Translations under genes and position numbers: made by a program
NCBI GenBank assembly: GCA_964016885.1
Contig: OZ024750.1
Location: 45,570,001 to 45,634,000 of the forward strand
Direction of reading: 5' to 3'
Source: Eledone cirrhosa
Lineage: Eukaryota
DNA length: 64,000 nt
Shown here: positions 1-13,187 of the stretch, one piece after another
Position numbering within the stretch: the first letter of the stretch is position 1
How the letters are laid out: every line of letters begins with the position of its first letter
Notes under the pieces: model-generated
What the model was told of the DNA's origin: nothing
What the model saw: the letters and a program-made list of their open reading frames with translations, nothing else
The model's database searches: none

Positions 1-258
1 AGTATGACTCCGACGGCAGAGCTCAAGCCGTTTCGACGGCTATTTCTGGAGTCCAGGGTCATATATATATAACGAAGGAGGTGTGGTAAGGAACCAGACA
101 GACCATAACGCACCAGAGTACTCAATACTTAGGGTAGTAGAGTGGGTAATAGGAAAAGGTTTGACCCCGACAGCAGAGCTCAAGCCGTTTCGACGGCTAT
201 TTCTGGACTGAAATAGCCGTCGAAACGGCTTGAGCTCTGCCGTCGGGGTCAAACTTTT

Positions 259-322
<64 letters not shown>

Positions 323-510
323 ACGAAGGAAATGTGGTAAGGAACCAGATGGACCATAACGCACCAAATTACTCAATACTTAGGGTAGTAGAGTGGGTAA
401 TAGGAATAAGTAGGACCCCGACGGCTGAGCCCTAGCCATTTCGACGGCTAATTCTGGACTGAATTAGCCGTCTAAACGGCCTGAGCTCAGCCGTCGGGGT
501 CCTACTTCTT

Positions 511-514
<4 letters not shown>
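1..514 (-). mobile_element. Three tandem copies of hammerhead-associated short element family A (Penelope-like tail), separated by (TA)n; copies 71-262 and 322-514 are fold-back palindromes
   Basis: Repeated AACGAAGGA..GTGGTAAGGAACCAGA..GTACTCAATACTTAGGGTAGTAGAGTGGG. 3' half of a hammerhead: stem II GACGGCTATTTC-tggact-GAAATAGCCGTC (192-221), GAAA, stem III CGGC..GCCG, TC, GGGGTC. The CTGANGA strand is absent. Confidence 0.75.
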
Positions 515-590
<76 letters not shown>

Positions 591-900
591 TAAACGAGAT
601 ATCGTTTTGGCTTTCCTTAGTTCAGGTTGAGAGTAACCTGTAGTTCAGGTTTAGAGTAACCTGTACCGGGCAGTGTTCCAGCGTACATGGCAGTTGACTC
701 AACAAGGTGTTTACTAGGGTAGGTTGGTCCTTGATTGTTCCGTGATCAGTAGTTCTTGGAGTAGCTACAAGTTGTAAAAAGAGGATTAACACGGATAAAT
801 AACTTTCAGGAGAGCTGCCCAACAGGAGGTCGTCAGAGAAGACATGTTTAGTTGAAGAATAAAGAATATTATTAAACTCTAGTGAAGTAGAGTTTAATAA

Positions 901-1073
901 TTGTTTCTACTTTTGGCACAAGCCCAGTGTATTACTGGTACTTTATTTTATCGACCCCTTAAGGGTGAAAGGCAAAGTTAACCTCGGTGGTATTTGAACT
1001 CAGAATGGAATGGGCCGTAACTCTTTGCGTCAAAGCATGGCGTCCGACCCTCTACTGATACTGGCAATCCACC
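901..1073 (-). mobile_element. tRNA-derived SINE (dominant family in window) with 18-bp TSD
   Basis: Reverse complement of GGTGGATTG..CAGTA..GTAGAGGGTCGGACGCC..GAGTTCAAAT (B box)..GCCTTTCA..GGGTCGATAAAATAAAGTACCAG. GAAGTAGAGTTTAATAAT is duplicated at 884-901 and 1074-1091. Confidence 0.85.
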
Positions 1074-1832
1074 GAAGTAGAGTTTAATAATATTATTTAT
1101 TCATCTATATAGGATATTACTTATTACGTATAGCAGAATAGAGAGAGAGGTTGAGTGGGAAAGAAATTGAGAGGGGAAGGAGAGAAGTGAAAGCGATGTA
1201 GATAGCATGGACGAGATACATACCCTGGGTGTTTTCGATTTAGACAGCAAGGGTATGATAAATTGGGACATAGATAGCGATTGAGTTAGAAGAGTGAGAG
1301 AGAAAAAGATGGTAGTTAAGGGAGAGACAGAAGGTGAACAATAACGACTGAGAAAGACAGGGAAATAGAGAAAGAGTGAGGAAGGGAGAGGGAGAAACAA
1401 AAGGCAAGATGGAGACAGAGAGGAATGAAAGGAAAAAGAGAGTGGGGGTGAAGCTCGAGTCAAAAATACACAAAGAATAAATAGTGCATCTGAATGTGAC
1501 TTTACGACTAGGTTAACGATAAAATATCCTTCAACGTTTAGACGCCATTTTGAGAGCTATACCAAATAATTTGAATAACTTTTTTTTTTTTCGTAAATAA
1601 TTTAATGGCTTTACTGGAAACATCTTCTGGTGGCTGAGAAGACAGTAAACTGTTTTACGCCTGACTTGGGAATAAACAAACGGAAGCACAGAATGCAATG
1701 AAAAAGAACTGAAAACGATTCGTTAAAGATTGATAGCAAACTGTTTAGTTCAAATAACGTATCATTTTGTATACGATTATACATTGTTTCCTTTATATTG
1801 TACCACCTCTCTATCTCTCTCTCACACACACA

Positions 1833-1870
<38 letters not shown>

Positions 1871-1875
<5 letters not shown>

Positions 1876-2127
1876 AAGAAGGCGTAGGACAGAACAAAGG
1901 AGAGGCACAAAACAATGAGAAGAATCCCCAGTGACTGAAGAGGTCACAGAATGTGTGACGAAAGAACTTTGACAATATATGAGCAACCGTGCGGTTGTGG
2001 AACCAACCAACCGACCAACCGGAAATTTATAAATTCTTAAATTTATAAAAGTAATTTATAATAAATTGGAGTGAAACACTGGTGCGTGTGTTTCTTATTG
2101 GCAACATGACCCTCCCAAAGTATAACA

Positions 2128-2130
<3 letters not shown>
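1871..2130 (+). mobile_element. Family E hammerhead-bearing element between (TA)n tracts
   Basis: Homologous to 61915-62500 and 63226-63885. Hammerhead core CTGAAGA-g-GTCACA/TGTGAC-GAAA at 1935-1963. Confidence 0.75.
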
Positions 2131-2171
<41 letters not shown>

Positions 2172-2175
<4 letters not shown>

Positions 2176-3094
2176 GTTTCTACTTTTGGCACAAGGCCAG
2201 CAATTATTCCAGTGTATTACTGGTACTTTATTTTATCGACCCCGTAAGGATGAAAGGCAAAGTTAACCTCGGCGGGATTTGAACTCAAATATATATATAT
2301 ATATATAATGAGAAGTACACACATATATGTGCATACATACATACACATGTATATATACACATATATTTTTTCACAAGTATGTGAGATTGTGTGTTGTCGA
2401 ACTTAGCCAGTGTTGCTCTATGATTATGAGAGAAAAGATAATCGAAATAATTAAATTGACTCGATATCAGAGCTATGTAACATATAATAAAGTAAGAAGA
2501 GCTCGTAGACACAGATATATACCTATTTTTTCATCAATCTCCCACTGTACAGTTTCGCTGGTCAGTATGCAAAAATCTTATATCATAGAGATATAACATT
2601 GTTGTGATGTAAGCTAGCTTTTGAAGAGAACACCTCAGGAAAAGTTTGCTTCCAAACACATCCGTAGCATGCGAGAAAATCTAAAAAAGGCGGAGGGAGA
2701 TACTATTACGCGAGACACCGGTCAAGAACGGGGACTAAATCCCTTGTAGCAGTGAAAAGTATCTCAGAAGGCGGAGGGGGGATATTGATATGATACAGAG
2801 GTTACAGAGGGGTGGTAAGGTTGACTGAAAGTGATTATAGTCTTTGCATGAAAGGAGTAACTATACTTCCGTGGTTACTCTACCGTGAGGGAGTTTGTGA
2901 CAATAATTGTTTCTACGTTTGGCAAAAGGCCAGCAATTACTCAGGGCATTACTTGGTACTTTATTTTATCGACCCCGTTAAGGATGAAAGGCAAAGTTAA
3001 CCTCGGCGGGATTTGGACTCAGAATGGCAATGGGCCGTAACACTATACGTCAAAGCATAGCGTCCGACTCTCTACCGATACTGCCAATCCACCA
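2172..3094 (-). mobile_element. Two SINE copies (2172-2287 partial, 2905-3094 full)
   Basis: Match to the SINE consensus TTGTTTCTAC..GGCACAAGGCCAGCAATT..GGTACTTTATTTTATCGACCCCGTAAGGATGAAAGGC. Confidence 0.85.
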
Positions 3095-3694
3095 GAGAAG
3101 TACACATATATGTGCATACATACAAACTCATGTATATATATACACATATATTTTTTCACAAGTATGTGAGATTGAATGGTGTCGACCTTAACTAGTGTTG
3201 CAGTGTGTCTATAAATATTTCGTATTATAAGTGGTTTGTATTATATCGTTGATGTCTTGAAGAATTTAAGGAGGAGGGGGAGGAGGAGGAGGAGGAGGAG
3301 GAGAAGAAGGCGGAGGACAAGAAGGAGGGGGAGAAGGAGGAGATGAAGAGGATGATGATGATGTTGAAGGGGAGGAGGTGGCGAAGGACGGGGAGGGGAG
3401 GACGGCGAGTAGGTGGAGGAGGAAGGTTAAGATAATGATGATGAGGGGGAGTAGAAGGAGGAAAGGGAGTAGAAGGAGGAAGAGGAAGTGTAGGTGACGG
3501 TGGTAGTGGCTACTTTGATGTCTTCGTGTTTGGTTGTGTGATAATTCACTTTGATGGCAACAGTTACGCTTTTATAAGCACACAAACGAATCGGTCGATT
3601 GGACACATATATGAATAAAATGAAATACACACATACACACGGCTCCACACATGCGCACACACACATATGCATAAATACACACACAAACACACAA

Positions 3695-3725
<31 letters not shown>

Positions 3726-3793
3726 CGCGTGTGTATCTGTTTGTAAATATATATATATATATATATGCGTGTGTATCTGCCTGTAAATATATG

Positions 3794-3834
<41 letters not shown>

Positions 3835-4032
3835 TAAATCATGTCTATAGAATCAATCAGATATTAAAATATATACTATTTCTTCCTCTAATTAGCATAA
3901 TTAACCATATACAAAATCAAATCTAGCAAGCTTTAAGAATAAATATTCTTACGGGTAAATCTATATATATATATATACTATATAATATTTTGAGAATAAG
4001 CTCTCAGTCCTTTACAATAATTATATTTTAAT

Positions 4033-4099
<67 letters not shown>

Positions 4100-4101
<2 letters not shown>

Positions 4102-4962
4102 ATATATAAGATCAAAAGATGGTTAAAAGAGTTCCATGTATTTTATTATGCGCATTTCGAAAACAAATACCATCATGCAATAACATTTGTGTTTTCATCA
4201 GATAAAATAGGACGACATGATATGAAGGTTGTGAATAGTTCAGTTTTAAATCAACATATGAAAAGTAGTTTTAGATTGATGTGTGATATTGGGAAAAAAA
4301 ATTGTTGAGGGGGGGGGGGGGGGGAGGTTGGAAAGGATGAAAAAGAGGAGGAGATGAGAGTAAAAAGTGGAGGGGGAGTAGTATAATGAGGAAGGATGAG
4401 ATAGGAGGAGAGATGGGTGATAGAGAGAGAGATATAGCTTTTATAACTGAGAAAAATATATTGTTTTACATAGAGAGGTTGAAAAACCGTTGGAAGATAA
4501 TGTATAAATTAAAAGAATTTGAAAATTAACGAAGAGAAAAATAATGTAAAGTTAAGGTTTGTATATTGAAGGGTTTAATAATATGTGCGACGAAAAGAAA
4601 TTGTTAATATGTATTAAGAAATGCGCATAATAAAATACATGGAACTCTTTTAACCATCTTTTGATCTTATATATTATGTATACTCCAGTCCTACAAACTG
4701 TAGAGTGCTTCTTATCCGATATCTGCATTGCTTTATTGTACTACAATAAAACTCACCTCCTACATATATATATATATTCTTACTTTATATCACCTCATCG
4801 CATGATATTTGTTTTTGAAATGCGCATAATAAAATACATGGAACTCTTTTAACCATCTTTTGATCTTATATATTATTTATACTCCAGTCCTACAAACTGT
4901 AGAGTGCTACTTATCCGATATCTGCATTGCTTTATTGTACTACTATAAAACTCACCTCCTAC
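4100..4962. mobile_element. Family B composite: minus-strand copy with full hammerhead plus two plus-strand 3'-end copies (4618-4762, 4795-4962)
   Basis: Hammerhead on minus strand at 4139-4209. GAAATGCGCATAATAAAATACATGGAACTC..CTCACCTCCTACA(TA)n is repeated. Homologous to 14619-15050. Confidence 0.8.
4139..4209 (-). ncRNA. Type I hammerhead ribozyme (family B)
   Basis: Minus strand: TATTTTAT CTGATGA aAACACAAATG..TATTTGTTTTC GAAA TGCGCA TA ATAAAATA. Confidence 0.8.
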
Positions 4963-5030
<68 letters not shown>

Positions 5031-5034
<4 letters not shown>

Positions 5035-5165
5035 CTTTGATAACATTATAGGTTTCGGCCAGTATTGGCCCAGGCCATATAATAAGAAAATGCGAAGTAG
5101 TTTCAGATGTTAAAGTCCTTTATTCCCAAGGCTGTGATACATATTTCAATAACGACAGTGGCCAC
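5031..5165 (-). mobile_element. Fragments of hammerhead-associated elements (related to 41977-42100 and 42935-42985)
   Basis: GAAAATGCGAAGTAGTTTCAGATGTTAAAGTCCTTTATT..GCTGTGATACATATTTCAAT is shared with 41977-42045. TAGGTTTCGGCCAGTATTGGCCCAGGCCAT is the reverse complement of 42938-42966. Confidence 0.6.
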
Positions 5166-5172
5166 GTAATTG

Positions 5173-6885
5173 ATATTACATTGTGACTGGTTATGACAGA
5201 GTGATATTAGTAATAATAGAGATGCGATCACAGTATTTTGTGACCAACAGTAACAAATATATTACATTGTGGCTGGTTATGACAGAGTGATATTAGTAAT
5301 AATAGAGATGTGATCACAGTGTTTTGTGACCAACAATAACAAATATATTACATTGTGGCTGGTTATGACAGTGATATTAGTAATAATAGAGATGTGATCA
5401 CAGTGTTTTGTGACCAGCAGTAACAAATATATTACATTGTGGCTGGTTATGACAGAGTGATATTAGTAATAATAGAGATGTGATCACAATGTTTTGTGAC
5501 CGACAGTAACAAATATATTACATTGTGGCTGGTTATGACAGAGTGATATTAGTAATAATAGAGATGTGATCACAGTGTTTTGTGACCAACAGTAACAAAT
5601 ATATTACATTGTGGCTGGTTATGACAGTGATATTAGTAATAATAGAGATGTGATCACAGTGTTTTGTGACTAACAGTAACAAATATATTACATTGTGGCT
5701 GCTTATGACAGAGTGATATTAGTAATAATAGAGATGTGATCACAGTGTTTTGTGACCAACAGTAACAAATATATTACATTGTGGCTGGTTATGACAGAGT
5801 GATATTAGTAATAATAGAGATGTGATCACAGTGTTTTGTGACCAACAGTAACAAATATATTACATTGTGGCTGGTTATGACAGAGAGATGTTAGTAATAA
5901 TAGAGTTGTGATCACAGTGTTTTGTGACCAACAGTAACAAATATATTACATTGTGGCTGGTTATGACAGAGAGATGTTAGTAATAATAGAGTTGTGATCA
6001 CAGTGTTTTGTGACCAACAGTAACAAATATATTACATTGTGGCTGGTTATGACAGTGATATTAGTAATAATAGAGATGTGATCACAGTGTTTTGTGACCA
6101 ACAGTAACAAATATATTACATTGTGGCTGGTTATGACAGAGAGATGTTAGTAATAATAGAGATGTGATCACAGTGTTTTGTAACCAACAGTAACAAATAT
6201 ATTACATTGTGGCTGGTTATGACAGAATGATATTAGTAATAATAGAGATGTGATCACAGTGTTTTGTGACCAACAGTAACAAATATATTACATTGTGGCT
6301 GCTTATGACAGAGTGATATTAGTAATAATAGAGATGTGATCACAGTGTTTTGTGACCAACAGTAACAAATATATTACATTGTGGCTGGTTATGACAGAAT
6401 GATATTAGTAATAATAGAGATGTGATCACAGTGTTTTGTGACCAACAGTAACAAATATATTACATTGTGGCTGGTTATGACAGAATGATATTAGTAATAA
6501 TAGAGATGTGATCACAGTGTTTTGTGACTAACAGTAACAAATATATTACATTGCGGCTAGTTATGACAGAGTGATATTAGTAATAATAGAGTTGTGATCA
6601 CAGTGTTTTGTGACCAACAGTAACAAATATATTACATTGTGGCTGGTTATGACAGAATGATATTAGTAATAATAGAGATGTGATCACAGTGTTTTGTGAC
6701 CAACAGTAACAAATATATTACATTGTGGCTGCTTATGACAGAGTAATATTAGTAATAATAGAGATGTGACCACAGTGTTTTGTGACCAACAGTAACAAAT
6801 ATATTACATTGTGGCTGCTTATGACAGAGTTAGTGATGCTAGTAATAATAGACATGTGATCAGAGTGTTTTGTGTCCAACAGTTT
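5173..6885. repeat. 86-bp minisatellite, about 20 copies
   Basis: Unit ATATTACATTGTGGCTGGTTATGACAGAGTGATATTAGTAATAATAGAGATGTGATCACAGTGTTTTGTGACCAACAGTAACAAAT. Period is 86 (5261 to 5347), with some 84-bp units. Confidence 0.97.
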
Positions 6886-7091
6886 ATATAAATATTTGGT
6901 GTGGCGGAAAAAGCGTAATCGACAAAATGTCAAATAGACTAATTACTTGGGCTTAAGGAACAATAAATAGCATGGAAATCACCAACATCAGCAACAACAA
7001 CAAGGTATTAAATCAAAGCAAACATAACATAAAAGCGAATGTCTACACCTTTTCTCCAATTGTATTGAAATTATTAGACCATATAATTAAG

Positions 7092-7122
<31 letters not shown>

Positions 7123-7142
7123 TTGTGAGTGTGTGTGAGTGT

Positions 7143-7320
<178 letters not shown>

Positions 7321-7576
7321 AAGTGAGAAAATTGCTTACTTTGATATATATGTGTGTAACTGACTGTTACGGTTTCGCTGTAAGACAGAGGCGTGTTTCT
7401 ACACCAGTGGTGCCCAATGAACCGTGTCACATCCTGTGTGACACACATGTCTGAGCAAATCATTGTCTGTAATAAATAATTTATATTTTGTTGTTCTCCT
7501 TTTGTTCACAAGGCGAACGGATATCCGGTATAGGATGTGAGGAATCAAACTTACTTTTGTGTTACACATTTTCGTC

Positions 7577-7760
7577 CTTATCATCACCAGCATTATCATT
7601 ATCATCATCATCATTATCATCACCATCATTATCATCATTATCATTATCATTATCATCACCATCATTATCATCACCATCATTATCATTATCATCATTATCA
7701 TTATCATCACCATCATTATCATCACCATCATTATCATCATCATCATTATCATCATCATCA
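7577..7760. repeat. (CAT/TATCAT/CAC)n trinucleotide microsatellite
   Basis: Direct reading; it explains the His/Ile/Ser/Asp-rich ORFs. Confidence 0.95.
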
Positions 7761-8159
7761 GTAACACCTGGATCAGTGTTATCAACATCGCACTCGCCAT
7801 AATTCACGAACAGTTGATGATGTAATTATTATGTATACCTACAAAAGATCATCATCGTCATAAACATCATCTTCGCCATCGTACTCTCCATCATCGTCAT
7901 TTCAGATATTATCGTTAACGATTTCATCATTAACATGTCACCATCATGAAACTCAAAATCATCATGTCTACCCTCATCACCAACACCATTATCATCAGTG
8001 GGGTGGGTAATCAGGATTTATATTAGTCATTACAATACTATCACGAGTGAAATTAGAAGAATTAATCTCAAACAGGTTACTACACCTTTAGAATATAAAT
8101 AGTTTAAAGTCACTTCCTTTTTACTATACAAACACCAGTAGCACTACTCTCTCTCTCTT

Positions 8160-8198
<39 letters not shown>

Positions 8199-8324
8199 CT
8201 ATCTATCTATCTCTCTCTCTCTCTCTCGCTCTCTCTCTCTTTATGTATATATATATATATATGATATTCAAAACAACAAACAGCGGAGGACGCGTTTCGC
8301 ACCTGTCCGACAGACAACCTTTAC

Positions 8325-8583
8325 CCCGGAAAAAAAACCCAGTCGATGGATGTGGATCCGAAATATATAGGGACTATTAAATCTCTCCCAAGGTAACTCT
8401 CTCTTGTGTTGTTATTTTTATTTGATCCTTTATACTCTTCCCTTATTTCTTCTACACATTTACACATCTTTACACACCACGCATCTCAACGTACACCCAC
8501 TTACATCTCTCTCTCCACCACCGGATCTTGTTACCCGGAGATTTATCCATTTGCATTGTCGCGGCTTCCAAACGACTTAAAGA

Positions 8584-8590
<7 letters not shown>
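8325..8590 (+). mobile_element. Family F element with 3' half of a hammerhead
   Basis: GGATgtggATCC GAAA TATA TA GGGACT at 8348-8375. Highly similar to 61045-61307. Ends in (TA)n. Confidence 0.65.
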
Positions 8591-8653
<63 letters not shown>

Positions 8654-8727
8654 TGTATGTGTGTGTTTCAAGGCTCTGATACCATCAACACCATACACAC
8701 AGAGCTAGCATATCTAAGAACTGAATA

Positions 8728-8783
8728 ACCGCCTGATGAGGTCATAGCCATTCAATGGCTATCATCGAAATATATATAGCAGT
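8728..8783 (+). ncRNA. Type I hammerhead ribozyme (family G)
   Basis: ACCGC CTGATGA GGTCATAGCCA-ttcaa-TGGCTATCATC GAAA TATATA TA GCAGT, followed by AATAAA. Confidence 0.75.
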
Positions 8784-8859
8784 AAATAAAGGATTATGAG
8801 TTCATGCAATTGACTTATGTTTCGTCACTACATATATTCGAACTTATATTCATGGAAAT

Positions 8860-9050
8860 TTGGGACTTGAGTCTTTCTTCCTCATTTTTCGTTGCTTCAC
8901 TATCTTTGTTTGTTTACACTCTCGTGTCCCCTTTATTAACGTGTCCCAACGACTTCTTTTAGCTGTTGCTCGCACCAACCGGAGGTATATCGTCTTTAAA
9001 GCAATGAAATACCAATGATGGTTGGAAGATAACTGATGAAGGACTAACTT
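8860..9050 (+). mobile_element. Family J element ending in the 5' half of a hammerhead core; inverted homologue at 10765-10990
   Basis: ACGTGTCCCAACGACTT..CGCACCAACC..TAAAGC.ATGAAAT.CC..GGTTGGA..CTGATGAAGGACT.ACTTT occurs in both copies, each truncated by (TA)n. Confidence 0.6.
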
Positions 9051-9076
9051 TATATATATATATATATATATATATA

Positions 9077-9215
9077 ATGGAAACCGAAACGTCACTGATG
9101 CATCGGAACTCAATATTTTGTGTCTTACAATTTTTTCCCCGGCGAGCAGCTCGAGGTGCGATCCGTGTGTGGATCTACCTGACTCTAGTCTCGCAGGTTC
9201 CTCAGACACGTCTAT
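9077..9215 (-). mobile_element. Family H-related element with degenerate hammerhead
   Basis: Homologous to 41646-41735. Minus strand CTGAGGA..long stem II..GAAA AAATTG TA. Confidence 0.55.
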
Positions 9216-9421
9216 TGATTTCGGATCATATCCTCTTTCTGGGGTTTTCTGGCTCTACAAGCCTATATCGTCCACCTTCATCCGCTGTGTGCGTCCTTGG
9301 GTTGGTCATTTGTTAGTGACGTCATCATTATTCTGACCACTTGTAGCAGCTCGCTGACCGTCAGGGCGTGAACTGTCACTCATCCACTGCCCCGTCGGAA
9401 GCATCTTAGCTACCATTAGAC

Positions 9422-9462
<41 letters not shown>

Positions 9463-9471
9463 TGTGTGTGT

Positions 9472-9522
<51 letters not shown>

Positions 9523-9525
<3 letters not shown>

Positions 9526-9727
9526 CAAAGAAAGTAGGGGTAAGAAACCAGGTGTACCATAACGCACCAGAATACTCGATACTAAGGGTAGTAGAGTGGG
9601 TAAGGGGAAAAGAGTCAGGACCCCGACGGCTGAACTCCGGCCGTTTCGACAGCTAGAACCGAACTGTTCAGATCTAGCTGTCAAAACAGCCGGAGCTCAG
9701 CCGTCGGGGTCCTGACTCTTTTCCTAT
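9523..9727 (-). mobile_element. Family A' fold-back copy
   Basis: Arms GAAAAGAGTCAGGACCCCGACGGCTGA..GACAGCTAGA / TCTAGCTGTC..TCAGCCGTCGGGGTCCTGACTCTTTTC. Confidence 0.75.
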
Positions 9728-9760
9728 GTATATGCATATATATATATATATATATATATA

Positions 9761-9900
9761 CGTTATTCTGGGTTGAGTCGGAGGTAACCATAGTAAGTAA
9801 GGTACTCAATACATAGCAGAGTATAAAAGTTTTAATATAGATGAGATTATACAGGACTAGAACTGTTTCATTCTTTAGAAATCATCAGGAATCTGGGTAT
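9761..9900 (-). mobile_element. Family X element with hammerhead-like core
   Basis: Minus strand CTGATGA tTTC-taaa-GAAt GAAA CAGTTCTAG TC. Homologous to 60047-60247. Stem I is not convincingly paired. Confidence 0.55.
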
Positions 9901-10289
9901 CAAAAAATATAAATGGTATTTATAGGTCTCTACAAGTGGTAAATGAGGGTGGGGAGTGGGATGGGTGTAGGTCATTGGTTGATAGAAAAGGGAATTCATT
10001 AAAAGCTAATTCTACAAAGCTAAAATCATTAAGGTTCTACTAAGTGACAAAGGTTTAGAGGATTCTGTAGACAGATTCAAAATACTGAGTGCATATCTTA
10101 CTATTATCTTCGAACTTCTCTTAAACTAATCAACTATATGCCAAAAATCAACAGACACATTCACCAAAAACATACTCCCTCACACACTCACGCGCAACCA
10201 TAAACACACATACACATACACATATACACACATAAAAACACACACACATATATATAAATATAAATATATCCATATACACACATATACAT

Positions 10290-10352
<63 letters not shown>

Positions 10353-10515
10353 TATATATATATACATACACACACACACATATATATACACACACACACC
10401 CACACACACATATATACACATATAAACACACTCACACACATACATACAAACACAAATATACATGTGTATACATATACACACAAATACACATAGATATATA
10501 TACATATATATACAG

Positions 10516-10744
<229 letters not shown>

Positions 10745-11097
10745 TATATATATATATATATATGAAAAAGTGAGTCCTTCATCAGTGACCCTCCAACCGT
10801 CCTCGGCATTTCATCGCTTTAAGGGCCATATGCCTCAGGTTGGTGCGAACAACGGCTAAAAAAAGTCGTTGGGACACGTAAATAAAGGGGGACGCTAGAG
10901 TAACAACAAAAAGGTTTAAGCAACGGAAAGTGAGTAGAAATAGACAAGTCCCAGATCTCTATGAATATAAACTCTGTGAAATCGTGAACAAGAGACGAAA
11001 GACCATCAGACCTGGTTGAAATGTGAGCAAGGAAAGAATTTCGCCCAAGTTTGACGGGGGGGAAAAAATAGAGAGAGAGAGAGAAAGAAAAAGGAGA

Positions 11098-11198
11098 GAA
11101 GAAGAAGAAGAAGAAGAAGAAGAAGAAGAAGAAGAAGAAGAAGAAGAAGAAGAAGAAGAAGAAGAAGAAGAAGAAGAAGAAGAAGAAGAAGAAGAAGA
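11098..11198. repeat. (GAA)n microsatellite
   Basis: Direct reading; source of the poly-E and poly-F ORFs. Confidence 0.97.
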
Positions 11199-13187
11199 TA
11201 AGGGGGTCTGGTCTACGAATTCGGTAAACGCAAGTTTTGTGAAGTCGCAGACGAAAGAGAGAGAGAAAAAAATTCCATACCAGCTCGGTCAAGACTGCGC
11301 GAGAAAAGAATTACACACAGGTCAAACTTGAAGGAGGAGGAGGAAAGATATATATATATATATATATATATAAATCTCCCTCACACAAATACTCTTCCTT
11401 TCTTACTCTCTCTCATACACTCACTATCTCTCTGTCACGCTCTCTCACTCACACAACACTCTCTCTCTTTCTCTCCCCTCTCTGTGGTGAAACATGTCTT
11501 CGGTTAATACATAATATTTGGTTTCCTCATACAGTACTAATCAGTTTCAAAAACGTCCACCATGTCTTTAGAACGATGCTGTTGTAGTTTAAAGAAATAT
11601 AAATTTAAGATGGCTACTGTAGAAATTTTAGGAAGGATTAGCCTGTAGCATAGTTTCTTTTACGATTCTTTTATTATTACCAATTACGAGCCTTCTAATC
11701 CAAAGGCACTTGCCAACTGCTGAGTCAATTCTGCTACATATCATATATAGATGTAGGTCCATCTATAAAGCGTATCAATACGTCTAGTACATATATATAT
11801 ATACATATATACATGTCTAGTATACAGAGAGACACACACACACACATATATATATGTATATAGAACATAAATTGGCAGTAGCAGTAACACAGTGTAATTC
11901 AAAATAAAGGTATATACGAAATTATATAAAATGTGTTCATCTGTAATACACACATATATGTATCGCTGTGGGTACTATTTTAAACCATGATTATATCTCA
12001 GCTGCTATAGTAGTCTCGGGAGGACACCAAACATTAGTATTTCAGGATATTTTCCATCTTCAATTAAGCCTATTCAGCTCGCTTGTATTCCCAATGAGTA
12101 ACTCCATAAAGGTATTATTTGCAAAAATCTATCTAAGGTATCAGCTTATTTCGCTTCAGTACCGAGTGAGCTAACCTCACTGAAAATATTAATATTTGGT
12201 GCTGTCAATCAGTTATTGAGATAACATTGAAACGATGGTTCCTTAACAAGCACGCAGCCAAACTTGTGTATATTTTTATACATGAACGTATTGTATACGC
12301 TTCCATATATGCCTCTATTATATATATAGAGAGAGAGCCCCGGAAAACTAGAGAGATTATTGAACAACGCAGGTTTGTTTTCAGCACAAAAGGAGACAAA
12401 TATGTGTCGTGTTTACTTTAAGTGAATGAGAAATTCTACATCGTGGTCCCCTGATTTGATAGAAATAACAAATTCTTCCTCAAATTAAGTTGTACCGGCG
12501 TAAAAGAAAAGGATGACGCATCACTGGATAAGGTGATAATTAGGAATTACTGGAGAAGAATTGACATATCAATAATTTCAGGCTCAGTCAGTGTTAACAG
12601 GGAACTAAATAACACAAGTGTGTCCTCTAACAGTTAATCACTTCATTAGATTAAAGAGAAAAATATACATGTTTTCATTTAATGTATAGATTTTTAAGTT
12701 AAAAGCAAATCTTTGTCTCGTGATCACTGATTACATTATATACAAACACACACATATATATGTGTATATGCGTGTATATATGCGGGTTTGTGCGTTTATG
12801 TGTACGTTCGTGTGTGTCTGCTGCTTACCAAGTATATTTCAATCTGAGGCTAAAGCAGAAGACACCAGAAACATATACTGCAAGAGGAATCGAACTTGGA
12901 AATATACGTTTGCGAAACCAATTATTAAGGACACACACAGACATGCTAGGGTTACTTTCCTTTATCGATGAATGACACCTAGAATAAAATAAGAACTCAT
13001 ATTAAAAAAACAAACTGCAGTTGAATAAAACATAAGAATCTGAAGGAAAATGGAAATCTTTGAGGAAGCAAAATACTATAATTTGCTTTGTAGTCATCGA
13101 AAAAAAACAACATATTTTATCTTCAGGACATTCCCGGATATCAACGTGTATACACAATCAAATGAGCTAATACATTACACTTTAAAA

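Noticed and set aside
5173-6885. CRISPR-like array
   Set aside because: Units are near-identical over their whole length with no unique spacers; eukaryotic context; no cas genes.
8289-8300. CGAAACGCGTC (minus strand), a typical minimal-hammerhead 3' half
   Set aside because: No CTGANGA or stem I partner nearby.
9030-9100. Single hammerhead with a (TA)n loop in stem II (CTGATGA..(TA)n..CCGAAACGTC)
   Set aside because: The left part is a truncated family J copy and the right part is the 3' tail of a minus-strand family H element; stem I does not pair.
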